DNA of 64,000 nucleotides from Nitrospirota bacterium. Lineage in GTDB: Bacteria; Nitrospirota; UBA9217. Below the pieces are notes generated by a model. It did not search any database and had not been told where the DNA came from. It worked only from the letters and a program-made list of their open reading frames with translations. The stretch lies in assembly GCA_963740085.1 (NCBI GenBank), contig CAVUCU010000001.1:1490184-1554183 (forward strand), written 5' to 3'. The translations under genes and the position numbers were made by a program. The first letter of the stretch is position 1, and each line of letters opens with the position of its first letter. Of the stretch, positions 9,110 to 19,795 are shown piece after piece.

Positions 9110-10462
9110 TTAGATCTTGGGAAGCTTTGCGAGGGCCTCTTTGATCTTCGCCGCCGGATACTCATAGTCCTTAAGCTTGCCGTCATGATAATCCGCATAT
9201 GCCTGGAGATCGAGGTACCCGTGGCCGCTCAGGTTGAAGAGGATCGTCCTTTGTTTGCCTTCCTGCTTTGCCTGGAGCGCTTCATCGATAGCACCGCGGA
9301 TCGCGTGTGCGCTTTCGGGGGCGGGAATGATCCCTTCGGTGCTGGCAAACTGCACCGCGGCTTCGAACACCGGTATTTGGTTGTACGCCTTGGCCTCGAT
9401 CAGCTTGTCATGATAGAGTTGAGATATGATCGGTGAGTCGCCGTGGTAGCGCAGCCCTCCTGCATGAATGCCCGGGGGCATGAAGTCATGGCCGAGGGTA
9501 TACATCGTCATCAGGGGAGTCAGTCCGGCAACATCGCCGAAGTCGTACCGAAACTCGCCCTTGGTGAGCGTGGGACAGGACGCGGGCTCGATGGCTACGA
9601 TGCGAACCTTCTTGCCCTCGATCTTGTCATGTACGAATGGAAAGCTGATGCCGGACAGATTGCTTCCGCCGCCACAGCAGCCGATCACGACATCGGGGTA
9701 GTCTCCGGCGATCTCCATCTGTTTCTTGGCCTCGAGCCCGATCACGGTCTGGTGCAGGCATACGTGGTTCAGCACCGAGCCGAGGGCATAGTTGGTATCA
9801 TCATGCGTGGCAGCATCTTCCACGGCCTCGGATATGGCAAGGCCGAGGCTGCCCGGGTTGTTCGGGTCAAGTTCAAGGGCCTTCCTTCCCGAATTCGTGA
9901 CCGTCGAGGGACTCGCGTGAACCGTGGCACCCCATGTTTCCATCATCATCCTGCGGTAGGGTTTCTGGCCATAGCTCACCTTCACCATGTAGACCGTGAC
10001 ATCGAGCCCGAAAAGCTTGCCCGCGAGGGCCATGGATGAACCCCACTGGCCGGCACCGGTCTCGGTGGAGATGCGCTTGATACCCGCCTTTTTATTATAA
10101 TAAGCCTGGGGGATGGCGGTATTCGGCTTGTGGCTGCCCGCAGGGCTCACGCCTTCATATTTATAGTAGATCTTTGCCGGAGTGCCGAGCGCCTTTTCGA
10201 GCCGGTGCGCGCGAAAGAGCGGCGAGGGCCTCCAGAGAGAATAGATGTCCATAACTTCTTCCGGGATGTCGATCCACCGCTCCTGGCTCACCTCCTGCAA
10301 AATCAGATCCATCGGAAATATCGGGGTGAGATCCTGCGGTCCTATCGGCTGATGCGTGCCCGGATGGAGCGGCGGCTTGGGCTTGTTCGGCATGTCCGCC
10401 ATGATGTTGTACCACTTGGTGGGGATCTCTTTGTCGGAAAGAAGAATCTTGGTCTGTCTCAT
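9110..10462 (-). CDS. trpB2: Tryptophan synthase beta-like protein TrpB2 (PLP-dependent; condenses indole and serine).
   Basis: GSHKPN PLP-lysine motif and TrpB2-type length and inserts. Strong GAGGAGG Shine-Dalgarno before the ATG at 10462. The ORF track extends to 10501. Confidence 0.85.
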   Translation of the reverse strand: MRQTKILLSDKEIPTKWYNIMADMPNKPKPPLHPGTHQPIGPQDLTPIFPMDLILQEVSQERWIDIPEEVMDIYSLWRPSPLFRAHRLEKALGTPAKIYYKYEGVSPAGSHKPNTAIPQAYYNKKAGIKRISTETGAGQWGSSMALAGKLFGLDVTVYMVKVSYGQKPYRRMMMETWGATVHASPSTVTNSGRKALELDPNNPGSLGLAISEAVEDAATHDDTNYALGSVLNHVCLHQTVIGLEAKKQMEIAGDYPDVVIGCCGGGSNLSGISFPFVHDKIEGKKVRIVAIEPASCPTLTKGEFRYDFGDVAGLTPLMTMYTLGHDFMPPGIHAGGLRYHGDSPIISQLYHDKLIEAKAYNQIPVFEAAVQFASTEGIIPAPESAHAIRGAIDEALQAKQEGKQRTILFNLSGHGYLDLQAYADYHDGKLKDYEYPAAKIKEALAKLPKI

Positions 10463-10591
10463 ACATCCTCCTCGATAATCAATTATAGTCTTGCTGCACA
10501 TCCGGCACGTTCGTAATAGTATACTATTCTGTGGACTTTCTCAACGATATTTTCTTCAGATACGCTGGTGAGAATCGCCTGCAAAACCACA

Positions 10592-10867
10592 CTACATTCC
10601 TATGGAGAACATGCTGTCCAGATCGTGGCGGGAGTGAACGCGGAAGGCGATGAGCGTCTCTGACTTGATGATACCGTCGACCTTGAGCATGTGGCCTGTC
10701 ACCAGCTCGGCCATCTGATCGTTGTCTCGCGCTCGAATGACAACCGCGAGATCGTATCTGCCGGCGACCGAATAGACCTCGGAAACGCCGTTCATCTCCG
10801 CAAGCATCTCCGCTACGGCATTCACCTTGCTCCTCTCAACATTCAACAGGACCAGTGCAGTGACCAT
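10592..10867 (-). CDS. Stand-alone Lrp/AsnC ligand-binding (RAM) domain protein.
   Basis: 91 aa. Matches only the C-terminal RAM domain of Lrp/AsnC regulators; no HTH. Co-directional and immediately upstream of trpB2. Confidence 0.7.
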   Translation of the reverse strand: MVTALVLLNVERSKVNAVAEMLAEMNGVSEVYSVAGRYDLAVVIRARDNDQMAELVTGHMLKVDGIIKSETLIAFRVHSRHDLDSMFSIGM

Positions 10868-10887
10868 GTTTCAGCCTCCCCGCTAAT

Positions 10888-11290
10888 TTATTTTGTTCTT
10901 CTGACTTTTCTGTGGGTCACTTAATTGCATGTATCGCTTTTTATTCTTCATGAACAATCTGTTTCCTGAATGTTATCTAAGTTGGCGCTTGTCCCAGGTG
11001 TGCATTGATTTTTTTTGGGCAGCTCATCACTCGGCCACGCAGCATGCGGGGAAGATGTACAGTATCTCCACCCTGATATGCAGGACTCGCATCACTCCAC
11101 CCTCACCCTTTAAAAAGGGTTCGGCCGCCTGCACCCAGCGTTTACGAGTGCTACGTCGCGAGTGCAGGGCGTGTCTGCCTTGTCGTGTTCTCGCAACTAC
11201 GATCTGTGCAGCATTGCTATGCGTGTCTCTCACGTCAGAGCTACCCGGCGCAGGGGAACGGCAGAACTCTTTGCCTTTCCAGAACCCCCT
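10888..11290 (-). repeat. Inner repeat B, an inverted copy of repeat A carrying 44-nt and 36-nt insertions. Forms the 5' leader/promoter region of the lrp-like/trpB2 operon.
   Basis: Reverse complement aligns with 8690-8970. In the closing stem the substitution gives a G-U pair only when read on the minus strand. Confidence 0.55.
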
Positions 11291-11506
11291 GCATCCCATG
11301 AACAGGTTCGCGCACAAGCATGAGCATGCTGACACGATCAAAACAAGCACAAAGCCAGGCAGACACGGCCGAGCCCGTTCCCTTGGGCGAGGGGAAGTGC
11401 TGCGATGCTCGAAAGGCTTGTTATCAGTACCGGCAATCATGCCCTGCGCGGAGCTGTGAACTGGGGTGCAGAAAAAAGAGAATCCGACATTTGCTGCATT
11501 AAAACA

Positions 11507-11540
11507 GATAAAAGCGACCCACACAAAACCCGGAAGACCC
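11507..11540 (-). repeat. Outer inverted repeat, right copy.
   Basis: Reverse complement identical to 6826-6859. Only about 210 bp separate it from repeat B, with no transposase between them. Confidence 0.85.
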
Positions 11541-11587
11541 AAAAAACTCAACGTAACCACTCAGGCCGGTTGCCTTAGAGAACCGTA

Positions 11588-12505
11588 TCAGACGGATACC
11601 GAACACCGCGGATCAGGGGCGGTCAGGTCCCCGGAAAGGACCAGTGCCTGGGCCGGACAACCACCGTGGCATTGTCCATGAAACTCACAGGCCCGCTGCT
11701 GGCAGGCATTTCCGCGAAAGGTCCTGAAGAATACAAGCGCCTGGCTCCGCCAGATGGATTCGAAAGGATCGGTCAGGATGTTTCCCAGGAAGAATTCTTT
11801 TCTGCCGAAAAAAAGATTGCAGGGATAAACCGACCCGTCCGGCATGATCCCAAGCTTCGTAGTGCCCGCGGGACATCTGACCTGCGAGAGCTCCGGAAGG
11901 TTTTTTGTATCAGGGACGAAGCCGGAGCAGTAAACCGTATCGATAGGGTGCGGCGCGAACGACTGCGCGACAACCCTCATGAAGCGCGGAAACGGAACTG
12001 TTTCGCGGAGGTCCGCGCCGTCCAGGGCGTCACGATAGATCAGGTAGAACTTTTTCGGCTTCAGGGCGAGGATCTCGTCGATCATGCCGCGGTCCAGTCC
12101 GGCATGAAAGACCGACTTGATGACCGGCTTATGCCTTTCAATGAAGCCGCGGACCTGCTCAAGCGTATTACGGTCATTGATCGAGACCCCGGCCGAGACC
12201 GCCTCGCCGATCCGCACGATTTCCGCGAGGGTCTGCAGGTCTGATCCGTTCGTACTGACGTTGACCGAGAATCCGCGCTCAACAGCCTCCCCGATCAACT
12301 TCACGATGTCCGGATGCATTGTCGGCTCGCCGCCGATGATATCGAGTGTACCCACCGATATTCGCGCAAGCACATCGAGCATCTCCCTGAAGGCGGCGGG
12401 AGACATGTCCTCGACCGAAGGTAGGGACCGGTTAAAGCAGAACTCGCAGGCCCGGTTGCACCGCAGCGTGGGGTAGAATTGTATGTAGTCGGGACCGGTT
12501 CTCAT
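11588..12505 (-). CDS. Radical SAM protein with a C-terminal SPASM-like Cys-rich domain.
   Basis: Cx3Cx2C motif (CNRACEFC) near the N-terminus. Additional C-terminal cysteines (CPAG...C, CQQRACEFHGQCHGGC) typical of SPASM/twitch maturases. Confidence 0.8.
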   Translation of the reverse strand: MRTGPDYIQFYPTLRCNRACEFCFNRSLPSVEDMSPAAFREMLDVLARISVGTLDIIGGEPTMHPDIVKLIGEAVERGFSVNVSTNGSDLQTLAEIVRIGEAVSAGVSINDRNTLEQVRGFIERHKPVIKSVFHAGLDRGMIDEILALKPKKFYLIYRDALDGADLRETVPFPRFMRVVAQSFAPHPIDTVYCSGFVPDTKNLPELSQVRCPAGTTKLGIMPDGSVYPCNLFFGRKEFFLGNILTDPFESIWRSQALVFFRTFRGNACQQRACEFHGQCHGGCPAQALVLSGDLTAPDPRCSVSV

Positions 12506-12561
12506 AAGAGTATTCTTGTCACGGATCTACACGATCCGTGCTAATCGGCGTCCATCCGTGG

Positions 12562-13437
12562 TTACATGCCGTAGGTCCTTCCGTTCTTTTTGATGAACCC
12601 TTCTTTCGCGAGCAATACGAGATTCGTCCTCACCCGCTCTTTGTCCATGCCGGTCTTTGCTGCAACTTGACCCAGCGTGAGGGGCGATTCTTTTACGAGA
12701 ACCTTGATGATCCTGCCGCGGATCTGCCTGTTTGAATTCTCGAAAGGGCTCTGTTTTATATAGTGCGCGCTTCTCCGATTAGGATTGACCCGGTTTCTCT
12801 TGAGCATTGCCCCGTAATCCATGAGTGCATTGTACCATTTCCTCGGATTCCCGGCATCCATCGTCTGTTCAACGAGCGGAGTTATTTCCGAATCCTGGAT
12901 GTTCTCCCGGTCATGAAAGAACTCATGGATATATACCCGCCGGATGTTCGTGTCCATGAACACGACCGGCTCGTTAAAGGCAAATGCCGTGACCGCCCCC
13001 GCCGTATACCTCCCGATCCCCGGAAGGGCGAGGAGCTTTTCAGGCTCTGACGGAAGCTTGCCTCGATGTTCTGAAACGACCAGTTGAGCGAGCGCGCGAA
13101 GCGCGAGAGCGCGGCGATTGTACCCCAGTCCCTGCCACTGGGCGAGCAGCGTATGGAGCGGCGCGTCGGCAAGCGACGGGAAATCCGGGAACATCTTGAT
13201 GAACCCCGCGTATTTTTCGATCACCCGTTCGACCTGCGTCTGCTGCAGCATGATCTCGGACACGAGGACCCGGTAGGGGTCCCTGGTCTTCCGCCAGGGG
13301 AGGTCGCGGCCGTGTTGGTCGTAATAGGCGTGGACCTTTTTTCGGAATACGCGGACCTGTACGGGAGTAAGGCGTTTTTGCATGATAAGCCTGTGCAAGA
13401 CCGGATCTTTCTTGCCGGTTAGCGCTCTGACAGTCAA
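12562..13437 (-). CDS. HhH-GPD superfamily DNA glycosylase (MutY/Nth-like N-terminal domain) that lacks the Fe-S loop and NUDIX domain and has a C-terminal winged-helix-like tail.
   Basis: MutY-like VSEIMLQQTQVERV and LPGIGRYTAGAV helix-hairpin-helix motifs. No cysteines where the Cx6Cx2Cx5C cluster should be. Confidence 0.7.
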   Translation of the reverse strand: MTVRALTGKKDPVLHRLIMQKRLTPVQVRVFRKKVHAYYDQHGRDLPWRKTRDPYRVLVSEIMLQQTQVERVIEKYAGFIKMFPDFPSLADAPLHTLLAQWQGLGYNRRALALRALAQLVVSEHRGKLPSEPEKLLALPGIGRYTAGAVTAFAFNEPVVFMDTNIRRVYIHEFFHDRENIQDSEITPLVEQTMDAGNPRKWYNALMDYGAMLKRNRVNPNRRSAHYIKQSPFENSNRQIRGRIIKVLVKESPLTLGQVAAKTGMDKERVRTNLVLLAKEGFIKKNGRTYGM

Positions 13438-13446
13438 TTGGACTGG

Positions 13447-14094
13447 TTACCTTTTTTTGAGCAAGACATACAGCGCGCCGAGGCCGCCGTCGCACTGACG
13501 CGCGGTGACAAACGCTATGATGTTCTTGCGGTAGCGGCCGGACAGTCGTTTGACAACCGCATTTTTGATTCGGGCGCCCTTGGTCGAGCGAAGCCCCCGG
13601 CCGTGAATGACCTTGATGCAGCTCAATCCCCTTTTGTATGACTCCTGGAAAAAGGATTCAAGTTCCTCTTCCGCCTCGGGGACCGTGCAGCCATGGAGAT
13701 CAATAAAGGCCTGGACCGAAACGTGTCCTTCATGAAGTTTCGCTATGAGTTCATCGCCATACTCCGGATTCGTCCACTCGACGTACTCCTGGGTATCCGG
13801 CAGGTGCATCGGCCGCTGTCCCGCGACGATCTCGTTCAGGATGGCAAGCGCTTCACGGTCGGGGTCGGCCTTGCCGATACGCAATGCACTCTTCTTCGGA
13901 TGGTGGGCACAGGCCAGAGACCGGAACGCTTCGTTCTCCAGAACCTCATCCATGGCATGACTGAACAGCTCTTCTTCGGTAAAGTGTTCCTTTTTCTTCG
14001 GTCGGGCAGGAGCGGGCGAGGGAACGGCAGGCTGGGTTTCGATCTTTTTCTTGAGCTTCTCAAAGGGACGGATTGCAAAGATTTTATTGCTCAT
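13447..14094 (-). CDS. Smr (small MutS-related) domain protein.
   Basis: C-terminal Smr domain (IDLHGCTV...VIHGRG). Stand-alone YdaL/YfcN-like architecture. Confidence 0.75.
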   Translation of the reverse strand: MSNKIFAIRPFEKLKKKIETQPAVPSPAPARPKKKEHFTEEELFSHAMDEVLENEAFRSLACAHHPKKSALRIGKADPDREALAILNEIVAGQRPMHLPDTQEYVEWTNPEYGDELIAKLHEGHVSVQAFIDLHGCTVPEAEEELESFFQESYKRGLSCIKVIHGRGLRSTKGARIKNAVVKRLSGRYRKNIIAFVTARQCDGGLGALYVLLKKR

Positions 14095-14148
14095 GGAACA
14101 CTCTCTCTGTGAATCTTAAGCGGAAACCCTGGAGATAAGGAAAAGATC

Positions 14149-14518
14149 AGAGCGGGTCGTAAGCCGAGTTCTGTCCTCCCGGTTGCCCGGGAGTGGTGGT
14201 CATTTATCTGGGCCCTCGATTGCTCGAAGGCACGAGCGACCTACCCGGAAGTCTCGGACGGGCCGTCCTTACCCCCTTGCGGGGGACGCTTCCCTATGTG
14301 GTCTTGCTCCAGGCGGGGTTTTCCAAGCACCCGGCATCGCTGCCGGGTCTGGTGGGCTCTTACCCCACCGTTTCACCCTTACCCCTGTGCGGGGCGGTCT
14401 TCTTTTCTGTGGCACTGTCCATGGGGTCGCCCCCTGTCCCGTTTCGGGACCGCCTTGCCCTGCGGAGCTCGGACTTTCCTCCCCCCGTTTCCGGGGAGCG
14501 ATCACCTCACCCGCTCTG
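14149..14518 (-). ncRNA. rnpB: RNase P RNA, bacterial type A.
   Basis: Minus strand contains AGGAAAGUCCGAGCUCC, ACAGAAA and GGGUGAAACGGUGGGGUAAGAGCCCACCAG. P1 helix AGAGCGGGU/ACCCGCUCU closes the molecule. The plus-strand ORFs in the track here are spurious. Confidence 0.9.
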
Positions 14519-14622
14519 AAATCAAAGAACGATTGCAAAATGGAAATTGCAAAATGTAAAAGTCAAATTGATTGACTGAGCTTTCCCTTTTGCATTTTGC
14601 ACTTTGCATTCTGCATTTTGCA

Positions 14623-14850
14623 CTATCGAAGCTTTTCATCTATCGCCTTATTTGCGAGCGCATCCGCATCCTTGTTCATTGCCCGTGGAATGTATTGTAC
14701 CTCAACCCTGCCGACCTTTGCAATCAGTTCCTTGGCCCGGGAATGCAATGGTTTCAGGCCTTCGTTCTTCACTGTATCGAGCCCGTTGATCTGCCTGACA
14801 AGAGCCCGGAGTTTGCCAAAGAAAACGTAATCACGTAATCGGCGAGACAT
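14623..14850 (-). pseudogene. C-terminal fragment of an archaeal-type RNase HI-like (RNase H fold) protein. Probably a truncated remnant.
   Basis: Only 75 aa. Retains the C-terminal YIPRAMNKDADALANKA motif but lacks the N-terminal catalytic DED residues. Confidence 0.35.
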
Positions 14851-14999
14851 TACGCAAACAGTGCTATTTAATTTATTTTGTGATTTCTGTGCCTTCTGAG
14901 GCTAACGCTCTTTTTGAATTTTAGAAAAGGTTGAGCGGTGAGATGAGCAATTGGAAATACGGACATTCGTTCCTGTCGCGTCCTTCGCGAACGTTGCGA

Positions 15000-15725
15000 T
15001 CAGGCGTTTTTTTGCATGATCGTTTCTTTAAAGTACAGAATGCGGCCGCAGTTCGGGCAGGTAATGATGCTCTCGTTTTTCTTGACGTTCACGTATACCT
15101 GGGGCGGGATGCTCATGTAGCAGCCGGAGCAGGACTCACCGCGCGCCTCCGCAATGGCGATGCCCGCCTTGGTGCCGAGCAGCTTCTGATACTGCGTGAG
15201 TACCGGTTTCGGTATGCGGGCAATCACCTTCTGCCGTTCCTCCTCGATCGCCTTCAATTCCTCTTCAAGCTTCGCAAAGTCGGTTTCATGCTGATTCTGC
15301 TCGACCTGGATCTCAGCCGCTTCTTCCTTGGCCCGCTGCTCGGCCGCAGTTATCTGTCCCGCGGCAGCGTCGATCTTCTCCATCAGCCCGAGGATGTCGT
15401 CTTCGACCGCTTTATTCTCCTGCTCTGCAGCTTCGATCTCCTTGAGAAGGGCCTGATACTCCTTATTATTCTTGATCTCGGAGGATCGCGTCTTGAGCTT
15501 CTCGACCTTCTGGACCCCGGTCTCAAGGTCCTTGTCCCGGTCGCGTTTGACCTTCTGCGCCGCCAGGAGCGCCTCTTGCACCTTGTCCAGATTATCGTTT
15601 ATGGAAACGCGCCTAAGCTCGAGGGTTGCCAGCGCCTCGGGTAGGCGATTTTTTTGCGCGATATGCGTCCGTATCTTCGCGTCGATTTCCTGAAGCTGTA
15701 TGAGCAGGCTGAGCTTCTCTTCCAT
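15000..15725 (-). CDS. Zinc-ribbon and coiled-coil protein (COG1579/zf-RING_7 family).
   Basis: Long coiled coil followed by a C-terminal CSGC...CPNC zinc ribbon. GGAGG Shine-Dalgarno before the ATG at 15725. Confidence 0.75.
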   Translation of the reverse strand: MEEKLSLLIQLQEIDAKIRTHIAQKNRLPEALATLELRRVSINDNLDKVQEALLAAQKVKRDRDKDLETGVQKVEKLKTRSSEIKNNKEYQALLKEIEAAEQENKAVEDDILGLMEKIDAAAGQITAAEQRAKEEAAEIQVEQNQHETDFAKLEEELKAIEEERQKVIARIPKPVLTQYQKLLGTKAGIAIAEARGESCSGCYMSIPPQVYVNVKKNESIITCPNCGRILYFKETIMQKNA

Positions 15726-15864
15726 AGAAACCTCCAAAAATAAAAAATGCGCCTTATGGCGCATTTTTATAGTTTACTGTTCGTTCTTCCTCCGGTCAAC
15801 AGTGATGGATAAAGGTGTATTCGCGTTACCGGACATCTGCCGTCTTCCCTTCAATCGAATAGGT

Positions 15865-15940
15865 TGGTGGGCCCACCAGGGCTCGAACCTGGGACCAACC
15901 GGTTATGAGCCGGTAGCTCTACCAGCTGAGCTATGGGCCC
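15865..15940 (-). tRNA. tRNA-Met (anticodon CAT). Elongator type; a tRNA-Ile2 lysidine type cannot be excluded.
   Basis: 76-nt cloverleaf with a G1-C72 pair and encoded CCA. Anticodon loop CUCAUAA. Confidence 0.9.
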
Positions 15941-16121
15941 CACAATACTGCAAAATCCAAATTACCAATACTAAACTACAAACAATATTCAATGACCAAA
16001 TTGCAATAATCATGGTTTGGAACCTGCAGCTTGGTTATTGGTGTTTAATATCTGCTGCACAACGACTGTGTATATTGACACAACCCGCGACAAATGTCAA
16101 GGCTGGCGCGTCCGGGGTTGC

Positions 16122-17924
<1,803 letters not shown>

Positions 17925-18009
17925 ACTGTGGTGCTCCTTTGTGTAAAATGTACACCTGTTCACGATCACGAATGCAATACCGCGCATCGCGCGCGGGGCG
18001 CGTGACCGC

Positions 18010-19794
18010 CTAACTCCCCAATCCGGGGATCCTCCTGCCTGCCCTGCGTCCTAACTGGTTCTGCTCCTCAAGCAACCGGCGATATTCCACCCAATCTTCT
18101 TTAGCGGCCGCTTCGTCGATAGCCTTGAGCAGGAACTTCATCTTTTTCTCCGGGTCCTTCTGTTTTATCAAATCAATGCAGTCACGGCATGATTTTGCCT
18201 GATCATCATACACCATCTCGAGCACGGAATAATGCAAAATCAGGTTTTTGATTTCATCGTCTCCATCCTGGATCAAGGCGCCGACATCGAACCTGCCCTG
18301 ATCATCCAGGGCGCCGAAAATTCGCTTCGCAGTACGCTGAAACAGAGGGTCGGTAAAATCCTCCGGCTTCATCTGATCCTTCAAGCTCAGGGCTATCGCC
18401 GCATCCTTGAGCATCAGGTGAATAAGGGTCTCTTCGGCCCGGGGCCGATGGCCCCGGGCCGCTGCCGGCGCCTGTTCTCCTGTTGAATGATGAATCATGC
18501 CTTTTGCCTGCCTCGGCATTTCCTGCCTCAAAACTCCCTCGTCCAGATCCAGGGCCTCCGCGGTCCGCTTCAGATAGTGGTCCCGTTCGATCCCGCTCTG
18601 CAGTCTGGCGATGAATCCGAGCATCTCGCCGGCCTTTTCCACCTTTTCATCGATGGAAGCAGCGTGACCGCCCTTCACCACCTGGCCGAGCACAAAGTCC
18701 ATGAACTTCTCCGACTTCCTCAGGCAGGAAGCGAATGCTTCGTAGCCGTTCTTCTTCAGGAACGTGTCCGGGTCGTCATTGTCGGGAAGCGAGACCACGT
18801 TCACCTTCATTCCGCTCGATACGAACAGGTCGAGGCCCCGCATTGCGGCCTTCACGCCCGCCGGATCAGGGTCGAAGATAAGAACCAGGTTCTGCGCAAA
18901 CCGCCGCATGAGCCGGAGATGCCCTTCGGTGAGCGCCGTGCCGAGCGTGGCCACCGCGTTCTGGGCGCCATATTGATGGCACGCGATCGCGTCAAGATAT
19001 CCCTCAACGATGATGAAATACTTCTGCTTGCGCGCGGGCTCCTTTGCCTTGTCCAGGCAATAGAGCACGTTGCTCTTGCTGTAGAGCGGGGTCTCCGGAG
19101 AGTTAAGATATTTGGGCAGTGAGTCGTCCATTACCCGGCCGCCGAAGGCGATGACGTTCCCGGAAATATCACGGATGGGAAAGATGATCCTGCCCCGGAA
19201 CCGGTCGTAGTAGCCCTCACCCTCGCTGCGCTTGACGATGAGCCCGGCCTTCTCCATCTGGCTGAAGGCGTATCCCTTGTGCTTGAGCTCCTTCAGCAGG
19301 CCGTCCCACTCGTGCCTGGAAAAACCGAGCGCGAAATCCTGAACAACCTGGTCGGTCACGCCTCTTTTTTTCAAATAGGCCCGGGCTGCATTGCCCGCAG
19401 GTCCTTCGAGCTCTTTCCTGTAGTAGCTCGACGCATCAGCAATGATCGTGAGGAGCGCCTTGCGCTCGTCCTCGGCCTTCTTGTCTTCCCTGCGCGACCC
19501 GCTGTCAGCCGGAAGCGGTATTCCCGCCTTGCCCGCCAATTGCCTTACGGTCTCGGGAAAGTTGAGGCCCTCCTGCAACTCGAGGAACTTGAACACGTCT
19601 CCGCCCGCACCGCACCCGAAACAATGGAAGATCTGCTTTTCCGGGTTCACGTTGAACGACGGCGTCTTCTCAGCATGAAAAGGGCAGAGCCCAAGGTGGT
19701 TCTTCCCCGTCTTTTTGAGGGACACATATCCGGAGATAAGATCAACAATGTCAACGCTGTCCCTGACCCGGCTTATGATATCTTCGGAGAACAC
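18010..19794 (-). CDS. dnaG: DNA primase.
   Basis: N-terminal zinc ribbon [11 protein letters not shown]...[15 protein letters not shown] domain. Immediately upstream of rpoD (classic dnaG-rpoD pair). Confidence 0.95.
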   Translation of the reverse strand: MFSEDIISRVRDSVDIVDLISGYVSLKKTGKNHLGLCPFHAEKTPSFNVNPEKQIFHCFGCGAGGDVFKFLELQEGLNFPETVRQLAGKAGIPLPADSGSRREDKKAEDERKALLTIIADASSYYRKELEGPAGNAARAYLKKRGVTDQVVQDFALGFSRHEWDGLLKELKHKGYAFSQMEKAGLIVKRSEGEGYYDRFRGRIIFPIRDISGNVIAFGGRVMDDSLPKYLNSPETPLYSKSNVLYCLDKAKEPARKQKYFIIVEGYLDAIACHQYGAQNAVATLGTALTEGHLRLMRRFAQNLVLIFDPDPAGVKAAMRGLDLFVSSGMKVNVVSLPDNDDPDTFLKKNGYEAFASCLRKSEKFMDFVLGQVVKGGHAASIDEKVEKAGEMLGFIARLQSGIERDHYLKRTAEALDLDEGVLRQEMPRQAKGMIHHSTGEQAPAAARGHRPRAEETLIHLMLKDAAIALSLKDQMKPEDFTDPLFQRTAKRIFGALDDQGRFDVGALIQDGDDEIKNLILHYSVLEMVYDDQAKSCRDCIDLIKQKDPEKKMKFLLKAIDEAAAKEDWVEYRRLLEEQNQLGRRAGRRIPGLGS

Positions 19795-19795
19795 G

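Noticed and set aside
11320-11502. A Cys-rich 60-aa plus-strand ORF (8 Cys), considered as a possible precursor peptide for the adjacent SPASM radical SAM enzyme.
   Set aside because: It lies inside degenerate IS-repeat remnants and is convergent rather than co-directional with the enzyme. No Shine-Dalgarno is present, and the Cys content is explained by GC-rich repeat sequence.
10929-11560. Overlapping 176-aa (+) and 177-aa (-) ORFs spanning 10929-11560.
   Set aside because: Both lie across the inverted IS-end repeat B, whose copy A has no conserved reading frame. They are treated as non-coding repeat sequence.
14183-14575. Several 60-130-aa plus- and minus-strand ORFs between 14183 and 14575.
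   Set aside because: They overlap the RNase P RNA gene. They are GC-rich chance frames within a structured RNA.
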